DNA of 64,000 bases, from positions 124,001 to 188,000 of the forward strand of contig JAAOMT010000665.1 of NCBI GenBank assembly GCA_016748015.1, given 5' to 3'. Each line of letters begins with the position of its first letter. Position 1 is the first letter of the stretch. Source of the stretch: Geosiphon pyriformis uo1 (taxonomy: Eukaryota; Fungi; Glomeromycota). A model generated the notes under the pieces. The model made no database searches. It worked only from the letters and a program-made list of their open reading frames with translations, and was not told the DNA's origin. Of this stretch, positions 14,620 through 31,018 are shown one piece after another. The translations under genes and the position numbers were made by a program.

Positions 14620-15529
14620 TTTAGTGCACATTGAAAAATCAGTTTTGGTTTACAGATGGTGGTAAATAGTCTACATGTGGATATTAATTGGATCAAATTA
14701 TTACTGATATGACATCCAGACTCTTACATGGCTGCTGGTTTCACTAGCAAGCAGACTGCTGGTTTCTAGATGTATTTTATGAAGGCATTGCACCTTCAGC
14801 TTCCTGTTGCTGTATGTAAATGGGTTTATGATAAGAGTTACCCTAGTGTGGTGTGTTTGTTCTGTGGTGATGTTGAAGTCTCGGACTATGCTTTTTCTTG
14901 TTTGTTTGATGCTAATGATCATGCTTGTTTATTGGATTCTCATGTATCAGCTTAAAGAGTGCAATCTAGTCTGGGTCATTCTTCCTCAGTTGTCTCGCAG
15001 CTGTTGTTTACTTGTTCGTCTAATGTTTTGGTTAGCATTGCTTTGTGCAAGAGTTTTATTTTCAAGAATTGGTTTCATGAGTCTGTCTCTGTTTTCAAGG
15101 ATTCCAAAGTAGTGAGTCAGAACATTGTGGCCTTTGTGTATGAGTTTAGTCATGCTTTTTGGGAAGACATTTGGTTGGTTCATGTCAAGTATTGTGCTTT
15201 CATAAAAAAAAATGGACTTATTTTATGCGATAGATTTGTTCCTATCTTGATTTTTGGGCTTCCTTCAGTGCTGTTGGCAGGTGTGATTAGATTGCTGGAT
15301 ATTGTTGAGGCAATTGGTGTTGGTTTTGGTTTTCATAAGTTTTGTTTGTTTTTTTTAGGCATAAGTGATAAAGTTTCTGTTTATATAAGTATATAGTGTT
15401 GTTTTAATTAGTCTGAGTAGCTGGTCACATGTAAAAAATGCATAATTTACACCTAGTTTAGATCATTTGTATAATGTATTATACTAGGCAGTGTTTGGAC
15501 TTTACTCATTAAATGTTTAAAAAAAAAAA
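14620..15529 (+). mobile_element. 5'-truncated LINE copy 3
   Basis: Only the ORF2 C-terminus (CLFCGDVEVSDYAFSC...GVGFGFHKFCLFF), a 3' UTR closely similar to copy 1, and a poly-A tail. Confidence 0.88.
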
Positions 15530-16500
15530 TATATATTTAAATTATTTTAAATAAGTTGTTTTAAAAAAATCTTAAAAAGAAAAAACTTTTAACTAAAAAC
15601 AAAAAAATGGGTTTAAAACAGCAAAAAATCAATTAATTATTAAATTATTTAAAAAAAGTGCTTTTATAAAATGCTGTTAAATAACTTTTATAATTGGTAA
15701 TATTTTATTAATAAAAAGATTATTAATTGTTTTAAATAATAATAAAAAATAAAAAAGTACAGTCTTTTTACTTTTTGTTTTGGTTATAATTATAAAAATA
15801 GAAAAAAAGAGTATTTAATTTTTTTGTTTTATTAAAATGTAATTTAATTATTAATTATTTACATAATACTTAAGTATTATTAAAAAATATAACCAGTTAT
15901 TCAATTTAAAATTAATATATTAAAATAAAATATTGTTATTTTTGTTTTTTTTTTAATTTTGTAAATTTTATTTAAAATAATTAAATTATAAACAAAATAC
16001 AAAATGGGGTTTGAATTAATAATTAAAATAAATATTATTAATTTTAATCAGAAAATTAATATTTTAAAATTAATTAATAATTTTAAATAATTTTTTTGCA
16101 TTCATTTTAAATTATTACAAATAAAAATTTGGATTTAAATTAATAAATAAGTAAAAAACAAATTTGAATATCATAATAATTTATTATAGTATTTTAAATT
16201 TTTTTAATAAATAATATCAATTTTAAATTGGTTTAACATAATAAAAATTGATTAAGTCTTGTTTTAAAAAAAAATACTATATTAATGCAAACAAATAAAT
16301 TTCTTTTTGTTTAACATATTTACATAATTACTATTATTTCTGGAAATATTTTGTCAAAAAATTAAAACAATTTTACAACAAAATAATTATTATTTACTAT
16401 AATAATTCTTTTAACAAACAATCTTATTAAAAAGAATGGTTCCCAACTTAAACAATTTACATAATATTTTAAAGAAAACAATTATAACAGATGCTATATT
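15530..16500. other. Extremely AT-rich low-complexity spacer between TE block and gene island
   Basis: Almost only A/T, no ORFs in the track, essentially no CpG until ~16506. Confidence 0.7.
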
Positions 16501-16527
16501 AGAATCGTACAAATAAAGAAATACACT

Positions 16528-17267
16528 ATGATCGTGAGAGAAATGATAAAGTTTTCAATACAATCTTTCGAATGCTTTTCAAAGCTTATAATTGTTGTTT
16601 CCACCATTAAACTCATAACATTTCATTTTTTGGATCAAAAAGTTAGAATTCAGGCCCTTTTAACAAGAATATGGGTGGTGAGGGAAGAAAATTTTTTGCA
16701 CGCTAACGCATTGGTTTTATTTTCGTTTTTGATTTTTATATTATTGTACTATACATCATGTTTGCAGGAACCCTCTACTCAACGCTATTTTCGAGTAAAA
16801 TACCAAAAGACTACCTATTTTCTCAATGCTAGCACTACTGATAAACTTTCAACAGTAAAAAACAACTTGGCAAAGATGTTGGGCGATGATCGAGATCCAA
16901 AACGCATACGCTTGTCTACATCTAACTTCAATAATCCGCCAGCTTATATTGCTTTGGATAAAGATAATGATACAATTGAAAAATTGAAGCTAGAGGATGA
17001 ACAGATTTTGTTCCTTAGTTTCTGGGACGAAAATGATCGTAAGCTATTAAATGATATGCTGGATTTGTTCTGTGAGGTCGAGAAGTCCCGATATCTCACT
17101 TCATTTAACTCAACATTCTTCATTCATTTTCAGGGAAATGGGAACCCATACAAGTTGAATGGCCAGATCCGTTGGTAGATGACACAACGGAAGATGAGGA
17201 GTACGATCTTGAAGACCAGTTAGGAAAAGTTGATTTAGAAACTGGGAAAGGCAAAGCGAAAGCGTAA
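16528..17267 (+). CDS. Elongin B-like ubiquitin-like protein (spliced; start exon uncertain)
   Basis: Exon 16768-17038 reads EPSTQRYFRVKYQKTTYFLNAS...ILFLSFWDEND. Intron 17039-17133. Last exon RKWEPIQVEWPDPL...KGKAKA* (TAA 17265-17267). The Y-x-RVK-x-x-KTTYF pattern resembles Elongin B-type UBLs. Confidence 0.6.
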
Positions 17268-17669
17268 ATATGAAGGAACCCTTATAGATTTCTAGCAATA
17301 TTCGAAAAAACCATATTTACTAATTTATCATATTTTTTTTAGGCGCAAATGATCATATCTAGACCTGATAAAACGCCAATCTTCTGATAGCTCAGAATCA
17401 AGAGAGTATTATGATAATTATATGTAGGTAAGAAACGAGTAACTTTTATTTTTTTGGTGTTTCAATAAAATCCAACATTGAGAAAACCCTCTCGAAATTC
17501 TAGGATGAGCTCTCCGAATTTTTATTCGTGAAATATTGGAGAAATCAATCTTTTTTTTTCAACAAAGTGAAAAGATCAGGATTGCAATATCCATATTTAT
17601 CTAATTTTAAATTTATAATGATAGTTATTAGTTTTCTCATTCTGCCTGGTCAATTTTTTAAGCAGGAAT

Positions 17670-18451
17670 TCACAGATCTTGTGGAAAATCAGGGACCACG
17701 ACTATGTTATTACTGAGTTCGATATCATCTTTGTAGCTTGAATTTTTAGCATTTGCCAGATCGCTTTTCAAGATGTGTGAGGAATCTGATGAGGGTACTA
17801 AACCTGTTATTGTTACTTTTTTAATGGGTTGGTAATTGGAATATCTACAAAATTTCTTGAATTGGGTAGTAGGTGAAAAGGGGATTTTAACAAACAATTG
17901 GAACTTACGAAGTTAATTGAAAATATTCCACAATAAATTGACCTGTAGTCAAACCAGTCACCTTTGTTTTTTACACGGAAAAAAGAAGGCAATTTTCGGG
18001 TTAATAAATATTGAGTTTTCCTAATAATCAATTTAACTCACCACAACAATAAATATTCCAAAATTCATATTCATCACCAGTAACATATAAACAAGTCGTA
18101 GTGTCGTGATGATACCATATCCCAAGGTCTTTACTAACAAACTATGCGATTTATAGTAATTTGGGATTTTATTTCCAGTTAAAAATGAGACATTTTCAAA
18201 CCAAAAAGTCAGAAATCTTTCTATCCAACAAAAGGACAAGACTAATATAGAAGCAAAAAAAAAGGTAATAGGAGTGGTTATTGGAAAAACTGAGAATAAA
18301 AAATAGGTAGAATTCGGGTCTGTGGATTAAATATATAGATGAAAAAGGATAAAAAGTTAAGTTGGGCTATTTAAAATAGTTTTTTACTTGAAGTTGAATA
18401 ATTTATCCTTTCATTACCGTTATGAAAGTAAGTTTTCCGATCTTGTTGCAT
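17670..18451 (-). CDS. Ctr-family copper transporter (4 exons)
   Basis: Spliced product MQQDRKTYFHNDPNSTYFLF...SILVLSFCWIER...LVYMLLVMNMNFGIFIVVVTGLTTGQFIVEYF has the TM2 MxxxM and TM3 GxxxG motifs at Ctr spacing; GT-AG introns. Confidence 0.85.
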
Positions 18452-19160
18452 ATTATTATTTGTTATAGGGTAGGGAAAACGAGGATTCCGCTTTTTTGAA
18501 GCGATTCTTTTTTACTTAGTATAAAATTAGGAAATATTGTATGGCTTGTGATTAGTAATACTTTAAATTTTGCTTTTAGTTCTTGAACCAATGAAAATAT
18601 TACAGAAATTAAGAATATATATATATATATAATAATTGAAATGTAATTGTCTAATCCTCCCACCAAATTTGGCTACCTTGTTAAAATTTTGGACAGAGTA
18701 ATCCCTCCGTCATCGTAAACGGAGCACAAAAGTGATCATATCGGGAATTGGAAGAAACCAAATTTGCGAGCGACCAATCAGCATCTATCTAGCAATTGGG
18801 TTTGTTTCGTACAATGTTGTTGTATCTTCTTTTCTATGCCTGTCAACACACACAAAACCTTCAAATTCCACACCACAAGAGTCTCAATCAAATATAGCCT
18901 TCATCATCTCAGCCTTCTTATTTCTTGAGTGTGTTCACAATCAAAATTTTGACAAGGTTAAAGCTGAGTGAGCTAGAAGAAAGTTTGTTTTACGCTTAAA
19001 ATACCCTTCTTTTCAACCTACCAAAACCACAACTGTGCACACTCGTCCGTTTTCTTTTATTTTTGTGAAAATTCTGCGGCTCGACAACAACAACAGTGTC
19101 TTTAGATTGCTTTACTTTCACTCTTCAAAACTATCAACTATAAAAGGCTAGCTATTTTAA

Positions 19161-20091
<931 letters not shown>

Positions 20092-20344
20092 GTGGCTTAT
20101 GATTTGGCCCTGATTGATCTTTTCCTTTTGGATATTGATGGAGGATGAGTTTGATTGTATTTATAAAAATTCTAGAGACGGTTGGCTATTAACGGTGGGG
20201 TGGTGCCAATTTTTTCTCAGTGAAGCATTGAACTTTACCGATCGGTCGCACATATTTTTATTGGATTCTAATAGATTTTATAATTTGTCGTTCCTACTTA
20301 TTGATGAGAATGGATTCTGAGGACTGATTTGATTTTTCTTTGAT

Positions 20345-20400
20345 CATTATTATTATGATAACAATAATAGTAATAACAATAATAATAATAATAATAATAA
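20345..20400. repeat. Imperfect (ATT)/(AAT)n microsatellite
   Basis: Direct reading of the sequence. Confidence 0.8.
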
Positions 20401-21008
20401 CCAATCATTTTAAATCACTTCCATAGACCATTATCATCAACATCAACCTTTTATTAATATAAAAAACATACCCAAACTTCCCAAGTTTCCAATTCTAGTT
20501 TTATTATATTTAATTTTTGTTGTTTTTTATTTTACTGTCCATTAATTCTACTAGTAAAAGTGACAATTTTGGGGAGGGAGGGTTATTATTTCATTCATTA
20601 TCACTTTTGCATGATAAGAAAATTTATTTCACTCTTTCATCTCATGAGCCATGTATTGTTTATAGATAGTATTTTTAAAGTTGTATTTTCTTTTTAAATT
20701 TGAGAATTATAAAAAGTTTTTTAAAGGAAAGAAAAAACAGAGACAAGATGGGCGTGATAAATTCATTTTTATTTTATTTTATTTTTAAAGTTAACTTTGA
20801 TCTTTGGAAAAAAGCATTGAAACAATCAGGTAAATCTGGATAAAAATTTATAAATTTAACCAGGTGATTGCTGATTGATATTATTACCCAATTATCAAAT
20901 CCTGTTAATTCAACTTTTGGTCCGATTAATTGATTAGTTGGACCACATTAGATTTTCATGACCCATAAATAGAGCAAATCTATTGTATTTTTTATTTTTT
21001 AAACAGAA

Positions 21009-21843
21009 ATGGCAATGAAGGAAAATGTTAATAAGTGTACAATATACGTTGGTAAATATAAAAGTTTATTATTTTTGCATTGCCGTTTGTCACTGAGTCT
21101 CATCGTTTACTTGATAAAAACGAAATATTCAATTTTTATCATGATTTATTTATTTATTTTGACTTGAACATTGAAATAGGAGGTCTAGATGATCAAGTAA
21201 ACGAAAAAGTTTTACATGCAGCTTTTATTCCGTTTGGAGATATAGTTGAGATTCAGATCCCACCCGATCCTGCTTCTCGTAAACAATTTCTTGCGATGAT
21301 TTTATTTATTTATTTATTTATTTTTTGTAAAAAAAATAAGTTTGATAGAAAATTTGATTTAAAAAACGTATATTTCATCTTTCTTTTTTTTTGGTATTCT
21401 GAAAGATAATCAACATCGTGGATTTGGATTTGTCGAATTTGAAGAATTGGATGATGCACAAGCTTCTATTGATAATATGCATTTATCGGAATTGTATGGA
21501 AAGGTGATTAAAGTTAACTTGGCAAGACCGATGAAGATTAAAGAGGGGAGTTTAAGGGCTGGTATGTTTAATTTTTAATAATTAGTAATTAATAATTATA
21601 ATTTTGAAGATGGCAAGTCTTTCATTTTTATTTTTATCAGTTTGGTCGGAAGATGCATGGTTACAGAAATACGCGTTAAAATCGACGGACCCCAATGTCA
21701 AAGAAGATGAAGATGAAGATGATAAAGACCAAGGTGGTAATGATTCGGTTTCTGAAAATCAGGGTTCCCAGAACTTTCCACGTAACACGTTGGATCGTTT
21801 GAATTCACCTAATGATGATGATGATGGTTCAATGTCTGGATAA
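21009..21843 (+). CDS. PPIE/cyclophilin-33-type single RRM protein lacking the cyclophilin domain (4 exons)
   Basis: [32 protein letters not shown]...[39 protein letters not shown]...[12 protein letters not shown] followed by an acidic tail and stop. Confidence 0.88.
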
Positions 21844-22265
21844 GTTGATGATTTTTTTTTTTTGAATTTGTTTAAAAACACAATGAGGAAATAGATACTG
21901 TTAAAGGAAAGTAAAAATGTGATTTCAGGCCGGACTTATTAAAGTAAGTTTTTATGAAGACTGATGAAATGTTATTTTTTTTTTGGCCACATTTGGAATA
22001 GATTTTCAAACCAAAACACTTTGAATTATTTATTAAATCTTTTATTAAAAATCAAACTAATTTGTCTTATTTTTGGTCTTCTTTTGAAAAGCTTAAATAT
22101 AAACTTTTTTTTATATCTCTATATTCATTTCTTCCTTGTGTTAACAAATATTTTATTTTTTTCTATTTCCAATTTACAGTTTTTTTTTAAAAGAATTAAA
22201 AATGTTTCAAATTAATCCGAAAATAAATCAAGACAAAATAAAAAGAGAGATACAAGAGATCTCAC

Positions 22266-22713
22266 CAAATCCGTTTCATATCGATAATTTTCAAATTCTT
22301 CTCTTGCCCATTTTTTCATTTCTTTAGAATCTTGTTTGTTTTTTAATACTAACGTAAAAAATATTAATTAATTGATTGATTGAAAAAAACTTTGTTTTTT
22401 TTCCTAGTCTTACACATGTTTTCACTTACATGTTACTGTTTTCAAAATTTCCCTGTAAAATGCGCGTACTTGGGCTTTAACAATAAACTAAAAATCAAAA
22501 AATCAATTTAAATTTATTTATTTTATTTGTTTAATCCTGAATATAAAATAAAATAAAATAAAAATTATTTTCTGCCGTACATACATGTTGCAAGCTCAAT
22601 AACTGTTTTTGACCACCATTCACAAATTTTCGATTTAATTCAACGTGATTCGTCGTAACTTTCAAATTACCAATATTGAGAATATTTCTAAAGCATGAAA
22701 ATTCCCACCACAT
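22266..22713 (-). CDS. LYR-motif protein, LYRM2-like (final exon not resolved)
   Basis: Three spliced exons give ...LLSLQHFIVKAQVRAFYREILKTVTLLKNKQDSKEMKKWAREEFENYRYETDL, matching the LYRM2 pattern (LtLkqF...V..LYR.IL...WAREEF). Confidence 0.8.
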
Positions 22714-23135
22714 TGTGTTACACGATTTTCTTATAATTAACACCATTTTCTATCGAATGGTTAGGGCAAATATGAAAGAATGATGATAGGGATGAGGATG
22801 ATGAGGATGATAAGGATGATAAGGAATATTAATTATAAACCTTTGAATCTTTCCTTTATGGGAAGGAATAAACCAGAAGTAAAAATTGAAATTTGCTTAG
22901 GGTTTTGTGTTTAGAACGTTTAAAATCGTCAATCATTTAATGTGTGAAAACCCAATAAAGGTCTGAATCCGCCAAGTAGCTTTTTTGATATCCGCTAATC
23001 AAGCACTTTTGGTGTGATACCTGATTCAGAGGTCTGATGATGATAAAAGGGAAAATAAGGACAAAAAATTTATATATAATTTTTTTTCTCTTGAAAAACA
23101 ATGATTATAAATGACATTCACAATTAAAATAATAA

Positions 23136-23177
<42 letters not shown>

Positions 23178-23196
23178 GTTGTTGTTGTTGTTGTTG
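23136..23196. repeat. Compound (TTA)n(TTG)n microsatellite
   Basis: Direct reading of the sequence. Confidence 0.9.
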
Positions 23197-23290
23197 TCTT
23201 TGAATACAATTTTTACGATATTTAAATAGGAAAATTAAAAAATAAAACTTGAATATTAAAAATATATATATATATATATTATAATAATTC

Positions 23291-23417
<127 letters not shown>

Positions 23418-23539
23418 TATTTTTATTTTTTTAAAAATGTGGTAAACTAAGATAACATTCCAATTTGGAATCCCCCAATTAAACTTAATATTCCCAACAT
23501 CCTTTGAAATTCCACTGCTGGTATGACAAAGATTAATCT

Positions 23540-24131
23540 TTTTACTTCTTTAAAGTATACCACCCCATCTCCACACAGTCATAAGAAAACTTGAATAAAA
23601 CTATGCTAGAAAATTCTAAATTTTCACTCTTGTATTATACGTGTTGAAAAATATTGCGAGCTGCATTGAAATCGTGGTTCCTCAGGGTGAAACACGCTCC
23701 AATGATTAGACATAAGAAATTGGCTAGACTATGGAAAGACAACGAATCTCATATATCCTTACTTGAATGACCACCCAAGATTTGTATCGAGAGGAACCGC
23801 CCTCTATATCATCGCAGTGTAACCAAACCTATAAGAATTAGTACACTAATTGAAATTTAAACTCTCGTACTCTCCCCACCCCCGTTCGAGCTCACGAATG
23901 GACTCCGAAGCATGACCGCGAAATTATGAATTGTCCCGAAAAATGCAAAACTTGAGGTAACCCTAATAAAAAATTATTAATAAATAATAAACAGTAACAT
24001 TGACCACCAATAAATGATTTGTTTGGACTTTTAAAAGTGATTGCTGCGGGAGACATATTCAGGCTGGGAGTTTGAAAAAAGTATATATATAATATTAAAA
24101 TCAATATACTATTGGGAACCCATAAATCCAT
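23540..24131 (-). other. Unannotated candidate spliced transcript (ncRNA or small gene) with five 39-46 nt GT-AG intron-like segments
   Basis: GC/CpG-rich blocks are separated by mostly AT-rich GT..AG segments (24109-24064, 24004-23963, 23870-23829, 23762-23724, 23640-23601); nested inverted repeats; no recognisable family. Confidence 0.35.
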
Positions 24132-24231
24132 TAATTTCTTTTAATTCTTGTTATTTTCCTTTTGGCCTTACTTTTTTCACGCACAAAAACTTCCTTCCTT
24201 CCTCGTAACCTCTCAACTACGTCTCTGAACA

Positions 24232-27813
<3,582 letters not shown>

Positions 27814-28381
27814 AAACTTCCTTAGGATTTAAACATTTATCAATTGTAGTAAAATTAAGAATTTAATTATTTTACCTATGGAAATATTTTCCATAATGCG
27901 TACGCGTTTAAATTGATTGCGCGATTGAATTATCATTTAAAGTCATAATTATTGCAATTGGTAGTTTCCAATTTTTATATTTTTAAATCTAAAATACTGG
28001 ATAACGCATAAAATTTATACACAATCTTTTTGTACCCAATTTGTTGGGTATCTTAAAATTTGTCATCATTAACAAAGACGCGTCATGTTTTGATATCTTT
28101 TTGGATAATGAAAAGTAACAGTTCCTTTACAAATATAAATACAGTCGTGGAAAAAATATATTATAAAACAATGGAAAATATGGATTATAAGAATCTACAA
28201 ATTTCCCGAAAAAATATCTACGGCCCAATTTTTTTTTCAGGCCAAAAACCACAACTGAGATTTCAAGCCCCATATGATCCGGTTTGATGGTATATTTTTC
28301 ATTATGGCGAAAAATATTCATCACTTTTAGGTGGATCAATTAAGGTTTTGGAATTGATTTTAATTAACCTATTGTCAAACA

Positions 28382-31018
28382 TTATATCGGACTTATACTT
28401 CCACTAGATTGTGCGTCCTCATCGCTCCCATGCATATCAATAGTACCTTCAATCCTTCCAGAGGTGACAACACGTGGTTTGGTAGGTTTACTCATAACAT
28501 TACTTTTTCTTCTTTTGGTTACCAATTCCTCATAATCATCATTATTTCCAGGATGCAGTCCGAATTTAAACTTTTCCATAATCGATACATCTTTTTGTGA
28601 TCGTCTTGAACCTGTACTACCTTTATTATCGATATGTATGCCACTGTATGATTCACTGTTAGTGTTTTTGAATTCAGGGAAATTGGGAGCAGCAGGTTGT
28701 CCCAAGTGTGATTTAAGGTAATTAATAGGATGTTGTAAAGGTGAAAGGGGTGGAGGGAGAGCAAGATGTGGCTGAGGTGGCGAATTTGGTGGGGAGGCTG
28801 ATATCGTTGATGATATTGAAGGGGCAGTAGCATGAATAAATGGATTGGATTTTAATTGTTCAGTTGGGGATGAAGATAACACCGGTGATCCAACAAATCG
28901 AACGGTAGAAAGCCGGGAGGATGGCTGAGATTTAGAAGGGGGTAAAGAAGTTTGATTGGAAAGTTCCACGGCGTCGTTGTCAAAAGAGCTTTCTCCAATC
29001 GCTATACCAATTTGTGCAGCGGTCGAATCAATACCACGAGGAATACTTTTATTATTAGAGCCCGTTTCATTGATAGTTGTCAGATTACTACTTGCGGAAG
29101 ATTCTCTTCTATTATGTCCGCCAAAACTTAGGCTCATGCTTCTCCTATTATCAGGATTTGCCGAGTGCATGGAATTATTGCGTCCATGATGCAGTGAATA
29201 ACGACGAATACTACCAAAACTTCCTCTAATTTCCGAAGCACCTGGTTCCATGGTACCATCGCTTCCCATACTTAGTCTGTGATCATCAGAATATGTAACA
29301 GAGCCTCTACCATCAACAATAGCTCCTTTAGAAGTTTGTAAGAGGACAATACCGCTACAAATAACTAAAAATCCTAATACCACTGATACGATATTCACTG
29401 GTGGAGCAGTAAATCCTTGAAATAGAATGGCGGAGCTCACCATTGTCAAACTGGTAAAGGTGACATAATACACCGGGGTTACCATTGCAGTGTTGAAAAG
29501 ATTCAAGGCTTTATTGAGGTAATTGATTTCCGTTAATAATGTCACAGCCACAAATCCAGCGAGAAAATAAAGGAACCAATGAGTGAATTGGTTTTTGCCC
29601 ATTATTGAGGTCACTATTGCACTTCCAAGGCCTTGCGTGGCGACAACTGAAAGTGATCCAATCAACGAACATATTCCAATATATACAAGCATATTTTTGG
29701 AGCCATATTTAGGGGCAATTTTCCAAATTACTATTATACTCAAAAACATAGCCACGCTCGCATACGTAAGGAACACTAATAGAGGGGAAATGTAACTATT
29801 TTGTAAAAATTATTGAGGATTTGCGTGTTTTGAAAAAACCATTCTTACCTGGATGTAGGAACAAATGCTGAAACTGTTGAATAGTGTTAGCAGACTGTTG
29901 ATCAGGAGCGTGCATTAGAATAATAACGGCACCAATCAAACATTGGGCACAACCAATTTTTCCTTGCATGTTGAGTCTTTCGTTAAGAAATACCGAAGAC
30001 AGCACAGCACTATTTTACGTGAAAGTGATATATAAAATATTTACTTGATAAAGAATATACTTCAGGGCAATAGCAAGAGTACTTAATACCTTACCTGACC
30101 ACAACACTGAGCGCGCCTAAAGGCGTAACCAGAATTGCTTGGGTGAAGGCATATGCAACAAAATTGCACAGTTCACCTATAATCACTAGAATCAAAATAT
30201 TTTAATTGAGTAGTTAGGAAAAGGATTATACGAAATGATTCGAGGTTTCTAAAGTTTTTTTCTTTTCAAATCAACTTACTCAGAGTCATACCAAGCCACC
30301 ATAGCCCATTAGATAAGTAACTGTGTCCTTGTCCAGCAATTGCTCCTATATGTAAAAAATGAGGCTTTTTTGATTAATTATATACTGAAAATGTCACGAA
30401 TGAGAAACTAAAATCAGTAAACAGATCTCTACCAGCTTTACTAGCTTGAAGAAGACCCTTCTTCTTAAATATAAATGATGAGCCGATAAATAATCCTGGT
30501 AAATAGAATTGAGTAATGTAGAGAAAAGATTATTAAATAATAAAATTTTGCTTTTCATCCATTTAGAATCTAATTCAGCATTGTTTCTTATTCTTTAGGC
30601 GAGAAAATGATACACCTGGCCACCTTAAGCTCAAATAGAGAATTGATTATATAGACCCACGATTAGATTCGCTAGATGTTTTCCAGGAATTGATCGACTA
30701 GTGAACTTATAGAGGCCCACGTGCCTAATTCTCATTTCACTGTTTTCTTCGCATCCTTATGCGATCGTGTTTCCAAGTTATTATTCGGTGCATGATTGCT
30801 GCCTCTCTCCTCTGCAGCTTCAAACATGAGAATAAGCTCAAGAAGCTTTTAGTTACCTCGCCCCACTCCCTAGACGCCAGACCATCAGATTGCAATGTAA
30901 GGGTTTACTTACCACTCAAAAGAGCGAGTATAAGTCCGACAGTCTTAAAGACTGGATCATTTCCAGAATCACCATTAAACGAATGTACTGTATGTTCTTT
31001 CGTATCTGTGTCTGCCAT
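28382..31018 (-). CDS. NIPA-family magnesium transporter (multi-exon, long disordered C-tail)
   Basis: FKTVGLILALLSGLFIGSSFIFKKKGL, IGELCNFVAYAFTQAILVTPLGALSVV, YLNKALNLFNTAMVTPVYYVTFT. Confidence 0.93.

Noticed and set aside
437-15183. Minus-strand and alternative-frame ORFs over the LINE copies (e.g. 905-1210, 13187-13555, 14807-15112)
   Set aside because: These are shadows of decayed TE coding sequence with no independent motifs.
23640-23700. Minus-frame HDFNAARNI resembling the TnpB/Fanzor RuvC-III motif
   Set aside because: The frame is only ~35 codons, with no zinc finger or other RuvC motifs and no element ends.
23784-23872. Sarcin-ricin-loop-like words (GTATCGAGAGGAACCG; CTCTCGTACT) suggesting an rRNA fragment or snoRNA guide
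   Set aside because: The matches are short, with no flanking rRNA similarity and no properly placed D/D' box. One is explained by an internal stem and the other by a splice donor.
23958-23966. TAACCCTAA as a telomerase RNA template
   Set aside because: A 9-mer of this composition is expected about once per window by chance. It coincides with a TTAG|GG acceptor, and no pseudoknot is visible downstream.
23690-24062. RNase MRP or U17/snR30 identity for the structured locus
   Set aside because: A P4-like pairing (TATGTCTCC/GGAGCGTG) exists, but the invariant GAAAGTC and the m1/m2 motifs are not matched. It is left to a covariance-model search.
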